Below, in pieces: positions 1-9,359 of a stretch of 64,000 bases of DNA. This stretch comes from Candidatus Latescibacterota bacterium. GTDB taxonomy: Bacteria > Latescibacterota > UBA2968 > GCA-2709665. The position numbers and the translations under genes were made by a program. The notes below the pieces were generated by a model that searched no databases, was not told where the DNA came from, and was given only the letters and a program-made list of their open reading frames with translations. The stretch is taken from positions 4,480,001-4,544,000 of the forward strand of contig OZ220733.1 in NCBI GenBank assembly GCA_965116875.1, given 5' to 3'. How positions within the stretch are numbered: the stretch's first letter is position 1; each line of letters starts with the position of its first letter.

Positions 1-863
1 TCGTCCACAAGCTGTATCCGCGGGCGAAAATCTGGCTGAGCGATCCAACCTGGGCGAACCATCCCAACATCTACGGACACGCCGGAGTGGCCGTGGAAAC
101 GTATCCCTATTTCGAGAAGGAGACGAACGATCTCGATTTCACCGCCATGCGCGATGCCCTGAAGGCCGTCCCCGAAGGGGATGTCGTACTCTTGCACGGC
201 TGTTGCCACAACCCCACCGGGATCGATCCCACGCCCGAACAGTGGGAGGAGATTGCGGATGTGGCGGGCGCGCACGGCTGGATCCCCCTGGTGGATTTTG
301 CCTATCATGGGCTGGGGGACGGACTCGAACAGGACAGACGTGGACTGACGGCGTTTTGCCGATCGGGCGCCGAGTTGATGGTGTCCAGTTCGTTTTCGAA
401 GAATTTCGGCCTGTATAACGAGCGTGTCGGCGCGCTTACCGTTGTGGCATCCACTCCCGAGGCGGCCGGTGCGCTGATGAGTCAGGTGATGATCTGTATC
501 CGGGCCAACTACTCGAATCCGCCGGCCCACGGTGCGGCCATCGTGACGGAGGTGCTGAACGACTCCGGTCTTCGCCTGCAATGGGAGGACGAAGTGGCGC
601 AGATGAGGAACCGGATCAATCGCATGAGGGCGCTGTTCGTGGATACCCTGGAGAGGAAAGGCGTTCAACGCAATTTTTCCTTTATCGCCCGGCAGCGCGG
701 GATGTTCTCTTTTTCGGGGTTGACCAGCCGGCAAGTGGACGCCCTGCGGGAGGAATACGCGATCTATATGGTGGGTTCAGGGCGGATAAACGTCGCTGGA
801 ATCACCGAGGCGAACATCGACTATCTCTGTGAATCGATCGCAGCCGTGCTTCGGCAGTCGTAA
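1..863 (+). CDS. aspC: Aspartate/aromatic amino acid aminotransferase (class I PLP), 5' end outside window
   Basis: Frame is open from the window edge (IWLSDPTWANHPNI). Motifs LLHGCCHNPTGID, DFAYHG, PLP lysine in SSFSKNFGLYNERVG, and SGRINVAG. Confidence 0.93.
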   Translation, partial: VHKLYPRAKIWLSDPTWANHPNIYGHAGVAVETYPYFEKETNDLDFTAMRDALKAVPEGDVVLLHGCCHNPTGIDPTPEQWEEIADVAGAHGWIPLVDFAYHGLGDGLEQDRRGLTAFCRSGAELMVSSSFSKNFGLYNERVGALTVVASTPEAAGALMSQVMICIRANYSNPPAHGAAIVTEVLNDSGLRLQWEDEVAQMRNRINRMRALFVDTLERKGVQRNFSFIARQRGMFSFSGLTSRQVDALREEYAIYMVGSGRINVAGITEANIDYLCESIAAVLRQS

Positions 864-952
864 TGCACGAAAGCAGGCCTGAACGGGGTGTCGGCTTCCC
901 GGTCGGATTCGACCGCGGCGAGAACGGCATACAAACCACGGGTGACCGAAGG

Positions 953-2455
953 ATGGAAAATTCGCTGTATTGGGGCGACCTCCACGCGCACTGTGCGATC
1001 AGTTATGGTTACGGCAGTCTCGAAAGGGCGTTCGGGCTGGCGAACGAGCATCTGGATTTCTGTTCGGTTGTGGGGCACGCGACGTGGCACGACATGCCGG
1101 TCGATCGGGAACGCCACGGTTTCATTATCGATTACCACCGGGAGGGATTCGAACGACTGAGGCGAAACTGGCCGCACGTGCAGGAAACGGTACGGAAACA
1201 CAACCGGCCGGGGCGGTTTGTTTCCTTTCTGGGTTACGAGTGGCACTCCTGTGCTTTCGGCGACCACAACGTGTACTATCTGGATGATGGCGGCGAAATA
1301 GTCGAGCGCAACAGCCTGGAGGAACTGGATGAGGCATTTGAGGGGCAGGATGTCATGATCCACCCGCACCATATCGGCTACGGCGGGGGCTTCAGGGGAA
1401 TAAACTGGTCGCATTTCAACTCCCGGCGGTCGCCGGCCGTCGAGGTTTTTTCCGGACACGGCGGGTCCGAACGGGACGGCGGCCCCTATCCGATGTACCA
1501 TACCATGGGCCCCAGACAATACCGGGGTACCGTGGCGTACGGACTTGCGCTGGGTCACCGCTTCGGGTTCCTGGGAGGCACGGATCATCATGGCGGATAT
1601 CCAGGGCACTACGGCGAGGGAAGAACCGGCGTGTACGCGCCGGAACTCACCCGGCAGGCGATCTGGGACGCGATTCGCGCAAGGCGATGTTACGCGGTCA
1701 CCGGGGATCGCATCGGGTTGCGGTTTTCGGTCAACGGCGCGGAGATGGGCGAGGAAACCCGGAGTACCGGCGCCCGCGAAATCCGGGTGTCCGTCAGCGG
1801 AGCGGACGCGCTGGACCGTATAGAAGTCATCAGGAACAATCGCCCCCTGAAACGGGTGTTCGGCCCCGCGCCCGAGGCGGAAACGCCAGATCCGGTCCGG
1901 GCGAAGGTGCGGCTGGAATGGGGATGGGGCGACAAGGAGGAGTGGATTCGGTGGGATGCGAGTGTGCGCCTTTCGGATGGCCGGCTTCTTTCCGTGGAAC
2001 CCTGTTTCACCGGCGACCCCGTTCTGGCGCCGACTGTGGACGGAGGCATCGCGGCCGCCGGCGAGGAGCCGGTTCACGGGATCGTGGCGCAGGATGACCG
2101 GCACGTGGCGTGGTTTTCCCATACCCGGGGCAATGCGCATCCGTACCTGCGGGGTACGAACGCGCTGGTCCTGGGACTGCACGCCCCACGCTCCGCAGCT
2201 CTGGATTTCAGGTTCAACGGCGCGGCCTGCCGCTACCTGCTGGGGGATCTGCTGGCGGGTTCCAGGAGCGAGTTCGTGCGCGGCTGGCGTTCCGAGGCCA
2301 TGCTTGTGCACCGTGCCGTACCCGATTCCCGGTTACGGGCGACGCTGGCGTTTGAAGACGTCGAACCGGAGTGTGAGACCGACTTCTATTACGTCAGGGT
2401 GGCGCAGGAGAACAACCAGTGGGCATGGGCAAGCCCGATCTGGGTTGCGGGTTGA
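953..2455 (+). CDS. DUF3604/PHP-like metallohydrolase
   Basis: YWGDLHAH, FLGYEW, HPHH, GGTDHH and RRCYAVTG motifs, with C-terminal YYVRVxQ...WASPIW. ATG at 953 follows GAAGG; the ORF is open from 863. Confidence 0.75.
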   Translation: MENSLYWGDLHAHCAISYGYGSLERAFGLANEHLDFCSVVGHATWHDMPVDRERHGFIIDYHREGFERLRRNWPHVQETVRKHNRPGRFVSFLGYEWHSCAFGDHNVYYLDDGGEIVERNSLEELDEAFEGQDVMIHPHHIGYGGGFRGINWSHFNSRRSPAVEVFSGHGGSERDGGPYPMYHTMGPRQYRGTVAYGLALGHRFGFLGGTDHHGGYPGHYGEGRTGVYAPELTRQAIWDAIRARRCYAVTGDRIGLRFSVNGAEMGEETRSTGAREIRVSVSGADALDRIEVIRNNRPLKRVFGPAPEAETPDPVRAKVRLEWGWGDKEEWIRWDASVRLSDGRLLSVEPCFTGDPVLAPTVDGGIAAAGEEPVHGIVAQDDRHVAWFSHTRGNAHPYLRGTNALVLGLHAPRSAALDFRFNGAACRYLLGDLLAGSRSEFVRGWRSEAMLVHRAVPDSRLRATLAFEDVEPECETDFYYVRVAQENNQWAWASPIWVAG

Positions 2456-2574
2456 TTTCCGCACGATCGGGAGTCAAAACCGGGGTTCCGGTGAGAAGGG
2501 GCCCTGCTGCGGCAGAATGGCGAGAAACTCCGGGGACGGAATATCGGGCGTACCGATAGAATTGGAGGGTCTGG

Positions 2575-3348
2575 ATGGTGCTGAAAGACCGGGTGGCCAT
2601 TGTAACCGGCGGGAGTTCCGGGATTGGCCGCGGGGTTGCGCTGGAGTTCGCCAGAGAGGGTGCGGCGGTTGTGGTAGCCGACGTCCGGGAGGCGCCGAAA
2701 CAGGGCAAATACCACGAGCAGGAGGTCCGGACACCCACGCTGGAGGAGGTACGGAGACTGGGTGGTGAGGGGATGTTCGTTCAAACCGACATGGGCGATG
2801 CCGCCGCCGTCGGGGCACTGGTGCAGCGGACGACAGACGCGTACGGCGGCCTGGACATTCTGGTGAACAACGCGGGCATACACATTCCAGGCGACAGCCA
2901 GACGCTCTCGCTCGAGTCGTGGGACCGGGTGACGGGCGTAAACATCCGGGGCGTATTCGTCGCGTCGAAAGCCGCGATTCCCCATTTGAAACGATCTGTG
3001 GCCGGGAGGATTATCAACATCGCGTCGGTGCATTCCTTTGGCGGTGGCGGCGGGCCGGCCTATGCGCCCGCGAAAGCCGGCGTGGTCAACCTCACGCGCG
3101 ACCTGGCGATGGAAGTGGCGCCCGCGGGGGTGACCGTGAATGCCGTCTGCCCGGGGTACATCGAAACCGCGATACAGGATTATCTGACCGAGGAACAGAT
3201 CCGGGACGCGCTGGAACGGACGCCGCTTCCCCGGTTCGGCTTGCCCCGGGACATCGGCAGGGCATGCGTGTTCCTCGCCTCCTCCGATGCGGAGTGGATC
3301 ACAGGGGTGGCGTTGCCGGTGGACGGAGGCTGGCTCGCGCCCGTGTAA
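2575..3348 (+). CDS. Short-chain dehydrogenase/reductase (FabG-like)
   Basis: TGGSSGIG, NNAG, YxxxK (YAPAK) and VDGG motifs; GGAGG RBS. Confidence 0.92.
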   Translation: MVLKDRVAIVTGGSSGIGRGVALEFAREGAAVVVADVREAPKQGKYHEQEVRTPTLEEVRRLGGEGMFVQTDMGDAAAVGALVQRTTDAYGGLDILVNNAGIHIPGDSQTLSLESWDRVTGVNIRGVFVASKAAIPHLKRSVAGRIINIASVHSFGGGGGPAYAPAKAGVVNLTRDLAMEVAPAGVTVNAVCPGYIETAIQDYLTEEQIRDALERTPLPRFGLPRDIGRACVFLASSDAEWITGVALPVDGGWLAPV

Positions 3349-3399
3349 GAGATCGAAAGATGCATTTCGCTCCGGTCGCATCGCTTCCGAGCCCGAGAG

Positions 3400-4467
3400 A
3401 TGATGGAGATACGAGCCGTCCGAGAGGACGAGATCGAGGAGACGCTGGAGCTTCAGCGGCTGGTGTTCCGGCCCGATGAGGGCGAAGGAGCGCTCGAACG
3501 GTACCGGACGTACGTGCGAGACGATCCGGGTTATCGGATGGAACAGTCTCGGGTTCTCGTGGAAGACGCGCGAATCGCCGCGCATCTTCGAGTTTGGGAC
3601 CGGGAAATCCGCGTGCGTGGCTCCGTGCTTCGGGCCGGGGGCATCGGCAGCGTGCTGACCCATCCCGATTGCAGGGGCAGGGGATATGCGCGCGCGCTGA
3701 TGCGGAATGCCGAGGCCTATATGCTGGACGCGGGGTACGACGTCGGGCTCCTCTTCACGATTATCGGCACGCCGTTCTACCAGGCGCTGGGCTGGACGCC
3801 CATCCCGCTGCCGACGTTTGTGATCGATCTGGAGTCAGAGGCCAGTGACCCACTTCCCACACGCGTGCGGGCTCTCGAGATCGATCGGGACCTGGATGCC
3901 GTGATGGCGATTTACGAGCGTTGTTCCGGCTCCCTGACCGGCCCTGAAGTGAGACCCCCGGACTACTGGCGCGCCGGTCCCTCGCGAATACGGGGCGTCT
4001 TCCCCGAGTGGGGCGTTTCGGTGGACTCTGAGCTTTGCGGTTATGCGACGTTCGACGCCTCCGCGGATGGGATTTGGGTGAAGGAAGGATGCGTCAAGTC
4101 ATCTGGTGACGACGTATTCCGCGATCTGGCGCTGTTGATTCGCGGGTGCGCCCGCCGGCACGGACTGAAACGGATCGAGGGCAGCCTCCCCGCCGGACAC
4201 GGTCTGGTAAGCGCGCTTGAAGCGGTCTGCGGTTCCCTTGCAACGTGGGGCAGTCACGATGAAATGATGTTGAAGGGGATCAACTGGGGTACGATCAGGG
4301 AGAAGCTGATTGGCGAACCGCGGGGCGGCCCACCCGGAGAGGAGGGGGCGTTCTGGCGCGCGTTGTACGGTCAGGCGGAGGCCGTACCGGAATCGTCGTT
4401 ATCGGAATGGATGGCACCGCTGCCGGAGTGCGAAGGACCTTTCTACTGGTGGAGCGATATCTTCTAG
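3400..4467 (+). CDS. GNAT family N-acetyltransferase (Eis-like N-terminus)
   Basis: GIGSVLTHPDCRGRGYA acetyl-CoA motif A; FYQALGW. Confidence 0.82.
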   Translation: MMEIRAVREDEIEETLELQRLVFRPDEGEGALERYRTYVRDDPGYRMEQSRVLVEDARIAAHLRVWDREIRVRGSVLRAGGIGSVLTHPDCRGRGYARALMRNAEAYMLDAGYDVGLLFTIIGTPFYQALGWTPIPLPTFVIDLESEASDPLPTRVRALEIDRDLDAVMAIYERCSGSLTGPEVRPPDYWRAGPSRIRGVFPEWGVSVDSELCGYATFDASADGIWVKEGCVKSSGDDVFRDLALLIRGCARRHGLKRIEGSLPAGHGLVSALEAVCGSLATWGSHDEMMLKGINWGTIREKLIGEPRGGPPGEEGAFWRALYGQAEAVPESSLSEWMAPLPECEGPFYWWSDIF

Positions 4468-4488
4468 CGTTGACGGGACGGATGCGTT

Positions 4489-6330
4489 TCAGGAGATTCC
4501 CGTACCGAGGCGTGACTCGGCCTCGTCCACCACACCCGAGAGTATTCGCGCCGCCAGCCGGTCGATTGCGATTTTCGTGTCCTGCAGACCGGCTCCGCAA
4601 AGGTGGGGATGGTCCACCGACGCGGCGGAGACGTAGTATTTGATCTTGGGTTCGGTTCCCGACGGTCGGGCGGTGACACGGGTATGGCCGGCGGGGGTGA
4701 ACGTGAAGGCAATGACGTCGCCCTTCTGACCCTCGATCGATCGGACGGACCCGGTGAGCGGATTCAGCGCCTTCCCGGTTCTCCTGTCGATGATTTCCAC
4801 AATGTTGCAGCCGCCGATCTGCCGAGGCGGCCGGGACCGCAGGGATTCCATAATGTGAACGATATCACGGCTGCCCTGCGCTCCGGTCCTGATTACCGAT
4901 TGCTGAATTTCACGGAAGTAACCGTATTCCGCATAAATCTCGTCCAGGAAATCTCTTAGTGTGCGACCGCGGGCCTTGAGGGTTGCCGCGCATTCGCACA
5001 GGAGCACGGCCGCGACCGCAGCGTCCTTGTCTCTTGTGAACGTACCCGTCAGATAGCCGTGGCTTTCTTCGGCGCCGAACAGGAATTCGGCGCCCGCCGG
5101 AAGATCGTCGATGAGCCTGCCGATGTATTTGAAGCCGACCAGCAGGTCGTCGACTACCTTGGCCCCGAAAGCGCGCGCGATGACGGAGGTCAGGTCGGAC
5201 GTGACAATCGTCTTTGCGACAACACCGCCGTCGCGCAGTTCCAGGCGGTTCTTTTTTGTTTCCAGGATGTAGCGGCACAGAATGGCGCCGATCTGATTGC
5301 CGTTGAGCGCAAGCGCATCGAGAGGTGCGTTCCAGCCGGTTCTGGAATCGGGGACGGCGCAGCCGAGCCGGTCCGCGTCCGGGTCGCTGGCGATGACCAT
5401 ATCGGCGTTGATCTCGGCGGCCTCCCGGACTGCCACGGCCAGCGCGCGCGGATCCTCGGGGTTGGCGACGCCATCGGGAACCATGGGAAAGTCGCCGTCC
5501 GGTTTCGCCTGCGACGGGACAACGTGCAAATCCTTATAGCCCAGGATGTCCAGCGCCGGCAATACCGACGTTAGACCCACGCCGTGCAGTGGGGTGTAGA
5601 CCACCCGAATCCGGCGCTCGCGCCTCAGGGTGAGTCCGGCCAGCTCAGAGTGATAACGACGATCGACGGTGCGATCCAGTTTTCGGATGAGGCCCTCTTC
5701 GACCGCCTGATCGAAGTCGAGTTTCGTGACCTCGGATACCGCGTTGACCTCGGCGATGATGTTTCTGTCATGAGGGGGTACGACCTGGCCTCCGTCGGAC
5801 CAGTACACCTTGATTCCGTTGTCGCCCGGGGGGTTGTGGCTGGCGCTGATAACCACGCCGGCCACCGCTCTGGTCCACCTGACCGCAAAGGAAAGTTCAG
5901 GTGAGGACCGGCAGCCTTCGAAGATTCTGGCGCGGATACCGTTGCCGGCAAGAACCGCCGCTGTCTCGTTGGCATACGCTTGCGAGTTGTTCCGTGTGTC
6001 GTGCGCAATGACCACGCCGCGGCGCGGCGCATCGTCCCCGGACTTCAGGACGTACCGGGCAATGCCCTGTGCGGCTTCCCCGACGGTACGCAGATTGATA
6101 CGGTTGGGTCCCGGTCCCATCGCGCCGCGGATGCCGCCGGTGCCGAATTCCATCCTTGCGCGAAAGGCGTCTTCGAGTTCGTCCAGGTCTTCGGCAATGA
6201 TCAGGCTCCTGACGTCCTCCATCGATTCGGCGTAACGGGCGTCGGTCAGCCATAGCGAGGCGTTCTCGCCCGCGGCTTCGGACAGTTCTCCCGCAGCGAC
6301 CCGGATCTTGATTTTTCTTAACAGGTCCAT
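4489..6330 (-). CDS. Phosphoglucomutase/phosphomannomutase (alpha-D-phosphohexomutase)
   Basis: FGTGGIRG, catalytic ISASHNP, metal loop DPDADR, sugar loop EESHG and RPSGTEPKIKYY. Start taken at ATG 6330. Confidence 0.93.
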   Translation of the reverse strand: MDLLRKIKIRVAAGELSEAAGENASLWLTDARYAESMEDVRSLIIAEDLDELEDAFRARMEFGTGGIRGAMGPGPNRINLRTVGEAAQGIARYVLKSGDDAPRRGVVIAHDTRNNSQAYANETAAVLAGNGIRARIFEGCRSSPELSFAVRWTRAVAGVVISASHNPPGDNGIKVYWSDGGQVVPPHDRNIIAEVNAVSEVTKLDFDQAVEEGLIRKLDRTVDRRYHSELAGLTLRRERRIRVVYTPLHGVGLTSVLPALDILGYKDLHVVPSQAKPDGDFPMVPDGVANPEDPRALAVAVREAAEINADMVIASDPDADRLGCAVPDSRTGWNAPLDALALNGNQIGAILCRYILETKKNRLELRDGGVVAKTIVTSDLTSVIARAFGAKVVDDLLVGFKYIGRLIDDLPAGAEFLFGAEESHGYLTGTFTRDKDAAVAAVLLCECAATLKARGRTLRDFLDEIYAEYGYFREIQQSVIRTGAQGSRDIVHIMESLRSRPPRQIGGCNIVEIIDRRTGKALNPLTGSVRSIEGQKGDVIAFTFTPAGHTRVTARPSGTEPKIKYYVSAASVDHPHLCGAGLQDTKIAIDRLAARILSGVVDEAESRLGTGIS

Positions 6331-6512
6331 CGGTGTCCTCTGCACAGGCGCGCTCCTGTTGAATGGACGCCAGTTCGTTCTTCGCCGGAAACTCGTATGC
6401 CTCGTGCCCACCAGTCGGTACCGCGCTTTTTAATATATCGGATGAGACGCTCCGATCAACATAAAATGGTTTGATTTTCGGAAGCCAATGTGCATATTTT
6501 CGACATGACGTG

Positions 6513-6817
6513 GGCGTATCGGTAGATGCAATCGTGGTCAAGCCGGCGCAGATGGAGGGTTTCAAGGATAGTCACGCACCGGTGATTAACCTCAATCCGA
6601 GAAAACCTCAACGCGGCGACGCGATAAAATCCTCGGAATAGAGGGCGTTATCGAGGTAAAGAAGGACGTTTTTTCCCTTCACGTCCAGTGACCTGGTGTA
6701 TCCTGGTAATCCGCCGTCTAATCGCCTTTATTTACAAGCACATACTCGAATTAATGTCCCCGAAGACTTACGAATCAAGGTTAAACCCGCGCTGCCGGAG
6801 GGAAGGGTCATCTATGA
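6513..6817 (+). pseudogene. Relic 3' end of an MNT nucleotidyltransferase gene, split by a MITE
   Basis: 6513-6589 matches 7442-7518 at about 68/77 nt and 6783-6817 matches 7517-7551 at 31/35 nt (manual counts). Removing the insert restores VIKPALPEGRVIYE. Confidence 0.85.
6590..6780. mobile_element. 191-bp non-autonomous element (MITE) with TTAA target-site duplication
   Basis: TTAA at 6586-6589 and 6781-6784; imperfect terminal inverted repeats CCTCAATCCG / CGAATCAAGG. It interrupts the MNT relic at a position colinear with the intact paralogue. Confidence 0.78.
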
Positions 6818-7014
6818 GAAAAGAAACCGAACGGGAAGAAGATGGCAGATGGATTGCAGAGGTGCCTGATTTACCAGGCGTGATTGTGTACGGAGACAAT
6901 AAGGAAGATGCCATACTGAGAGTAAAGGCATTGGCATTGCGGGTTCTTGCCGATCGCATAGAACACGGTGAAGAAATACCGGAAATCCGTGATGTCTTTG
7001 CAGGGTCGGTATGA
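6814..7014 (+). CDS. hicB: HicB-family antitoxin (short type)
   Basis: EREEDGRWIAEVPDLPGVIVYG...ALRVLADRIEHGE is typical of short HicB proteins. Confidence 0.82.
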   Translation: MRKETEREEDGRWIAEVPDLPGVIVYGDNKEDAILRVKALALRVLADRIEHGEEIPEIRDVFAGSV

Positions 7015-7103
7015 ATCGATGGCCATCAATTCCATTTGCACCTGTCCAAAAAAAGAGTCTTTTCCAAATTAACCTGGAAAGCAGTGCGCCCCGTTTGTTT
7101 TGA
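7011..7103 (+). pseudogene. Truncated HicA toxin remnant
   Basis: ATGA overlap with the hicB stop. Begins MNRWPS like HicA partners of this HicB type, then loses similarity, lacks the GSH motif and stops after 30 codons. Confidence 0.5.
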
Positions 7104-7135
7104 CTCCCGACCTGGGCGATTTAGAATGCCAGATG

Positions 7136-7163
7136 TTGACAGAGGTCTGACAAGAGCTATATT
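7136..7163 (+). promoter_or_regulatory. Putative sigma70 promoter for MNT-HEPN
   Basis: TTGACA-N16-TATATT about 80 nt upstream of the MNT start. Confidence 0.45.
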
Positions 7164-7243
7164 CCCTTGTGCAATCTCTGATTGCCGTTCACAGAACACC
7201 CTCCTGGCGTCTCTCATAACGTGAACATGAAACAAAAGGCTGA

Positions 7244-7561
7244 ATGATGCTTGACCAATCCACCCTGGACGACATCATCCGGCGGATTGTAGAGGTCGCG
7301 CATCCGGAGAAGATCATTCTCTTTGGGTCCGCCGCAAGGGGCGACCTGAACCGCCACAGCGACGTTGACCTGCTCGTCATAAAGGACGACAGCGATCCGT
7401 GGACTGTTATGGGAGATATCTACGGAAACCTGCGCGGCATTGGCGTAGCGATAGATGCAATCGTGGTCACGCCGGCGCAGATGGAACGTTACAAGGATAG
7501 TCATGCACTGGTGATCAAACCCGCACTGCGGGAGGGAAGGGTAATATATGAAGCCGGCTGA
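7244..7561 (+). CDS. Minimal nucleotidyltransferase (MNT) antitoxin
   Basis: IILFGSAARGD...SDVDLLV (GS-x10-DxD); 105 aa; overlaps the HEPN gene. Confidence 0.9.
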   Translation: MMLDQSTLDDIIRRIVEVAHPEKIILFGSAARGDLNRHSDVDLLVIKDDSDPWTVMGDIYGNLRGIGVAIDAIVVTPAQMERYKDSHALVIKPALREGRVIYEAG

Positions 7562-7955
7562 CCGCTTCCCGCCCGACGACCCACGGGAATGGCTGAACCG
7601 TGCCAGAAGCAATCTGGTTCGGGCAAAAAACCGGGTTTCTGGCGCTTATCTCGAAGACTTGTGTTTCGATGCCCAACAGGCGGCGGAGAAAGCCATCAAA
7701 GGCGTAATGATCGCATGCGATATTGCGTTTCCCTTTGTGCATGATCTCGATCAACTATTGACGGTATTGGAATCAACAGGCCAACATGTGCCCGACGAGA
7801 TTCTCCAGGCAGGGAAACTGACTCCGTATGCGACGGCGGCACGCTATCCCGGTATGGAGCAGCCAATCTCCGAACAGCACTACCTGGACGCGTTGGAAAT
7901 CGCCGTATCTGTCGTCCGATGGGCTGAGGATCGGGTTTCAACACAGAGAATGTAA
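7548..7955 (+). CDS. HEPN-domain protein (MNT-HEPN toxin-antitoxin pair)
   Basis: WLNRARSNL, CFDAQQAAEKAIK, HDL and ARYP motifs; coupled to MNT. Confidence 0.9.
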   Translation: MKPADRFPPDDPREWLNRARSNLVRAKNRVSGAYLEDLCFDAQQAAEKAIKGVMIACDIAFPFVHDLDQLLTVLESTGQHVPDEILQAGKLTPYATAARYPGMEQPISEQHYLDALEIAVSVVRWAEDRVSTQRM

Positions 7956-8187
7956 ACGACTGTGTTTTCTGCACAGACCCCCAGAGAAAACCCTTGGAAA
8001 GCAGACTGAAAAACACTAATTAGTTATCCAATTGAAAACTCTAAATTCGTGTGAATAGCGTCGTTACAGTGATCGTTACCTGGACTGACCGGAGCGATCG
8101 TTGACAACGCGCCGCGCGGTGAAGGGCGTTCTCAGCGAACCGCCGGGTTGAGCGTTCGGTAAGGCAGCGACGTAAGGGGTTTTTGAT

Positions 8188-8886
8188 TTGACCATGCTCT
8201 TTTTCATGTTGCTGGCAATCGTCCTTATTGTCCTTGCTCCCTTTCGTCTCCGGGTGCGCGGCGAGAACAGTTCCGGGCGGGGGCCAACCCTGGACATCCG
8301 CTTGAGGCCGTGGATCGGCCTGGCGGGCATCCGGCTGTTCTTCGCCGGCGGCGGTTGGCGTGTCGGCGCGCTTCTGGGCGGGTGGACGGTTTGGGCCGCG
8401 CCATTGAGAAGCGGAGAAGGCCGGAAGAAAAAACGGGTCGCCCGTGCGAAGGACAGGGCGGAAGCGGACGTATCGGACGGGTTTTCTGCAAGGGTTGAAC
8501 GGCTGGTACGGGCGGGTCGGCGCTTACGGAACCTGTCGCTGCCCGTGCGTCGGTCGGCTTTGCGTCTTCTGAATGGCTTCCGTCTTCGCCGCATTGAATG
8601 CAATGTAACGTTCGGCGCATCCGATCCGGCCACGACCGGACAGATTTACGGATATTTCATGGCCGCCTCGTCGCTGGCCGGAACAACGGGAAGCGTCAGC
8701 GCAACGCCCGATTTCGAGTCACAGCGTCTGGACGGGGAAGCCCAGGTGGAAATCCGGATGTACCCTCACAGGCTGTTTCTGGCATCCGCATATGTCGGGT
8801 GGCGCCTTGCGCTTGCATGGTTTTCGGAACGACGCAATCGGAAACAACCCGAGGAGGACGAAATCGGCGCTGGCGCGACGGGTTGA
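8188..8886 (+). CDS. DUF2953-domain membrane protein (YtfI-like)
   Basis: N-terminal transmembrane segment; FGASDPATTGQIYG...PDF motif; lies before a YtfJ-family gene. Confidence 0.7.
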   Translation: MTMLFFMLLAIVLIVLAPFRLRVRGENSSGRGPTLDIRLRPWIGLAGIRLFFAGGGWRVGALLGGWTVWAAPLRSGEGRKKKRVARAKDRAEADVSDGFSARVERLVRAGRRLRNLSLPVRRSALRLLNGFRLRRIECNVTFGASDPATTGQIYGYFMAASSLAGTTGSVSATPDFESQRLDGEAQVEIRMYPHRLFLASAYVGWRLALAWFSERRNRKQPEEDEIGAGATG

Positions 8887-8910
8887 GTGAACAGGCTTCA
8901 AGGAGGGATT

Positions 8911-9312
8911 ATGTCAGTTGAGGATCTCATCAGGACGGTGATGACGGAATTTCGGCAAATCGTCAAGGCGGAGACGGTCGTAGGGGAGCCGATCGAGTTC
9001 GGAGGCACGGTCGTGGTGCCGGTCTCGAGGATTTCGTTCGGATTCGGCGCGGGTGGCGGCGGGGACAAGTCGGAAGGCAGCGGGAGCGGCACCGGCGGAG
9101 GCGCATCCGTGGAACCTCTGGCATTTGTCGTGATTCGAGACGGAAAGGCCCAGATTCTTCCCCTCCAGGAAAAGGAAGGCTCCATCAAGGGGTTATTGGA
9201 TCTGGCGCCCGACCTCCTGTCGAAAGTGAAAGCTCTCAAGGAGAAACGGGACCGGAAGAAGGTCGATGCCGAGGCCGACACAGATTCCGGCGATGACGAC
9301 GTGAGCGCGTAG
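8911..9312 (+). CDS. GerW/YtfJ family protein
   Basis: ETVVGEPI...VVPVSRISFGFGAGG...GTGGGASVEPLAFVVI; AGGAGG RBS. Confidence 0.85.
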   Translation: MSVEDLIRTVMTEFRQIVKAETVVGEPIEFGGTVVVPVSRISFGFGAGGGGDKSEGSGSGTGGGASVEPLAFVVIRDGKAQILPLQEKEGSIKGLLDLAPDLLSKVKALKEKRDRKKVDAEADTDSGDDDVSA

Positions 9313-9359
9313 CAGTCCGGATGGGCCTTGATCGACGGGCTTCCTGGACAGGGGCCGCC

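Noticed and set aside
821-2311. Long antisense or alternative-frame ORFs (also 2389-3663, 23094-24413, 26001-27188, 27704-29311, 56799-58643)
   Set aside because: They lie opposite well-supported genes, lack motifs, and are expected shadows of high-GC codon usage.
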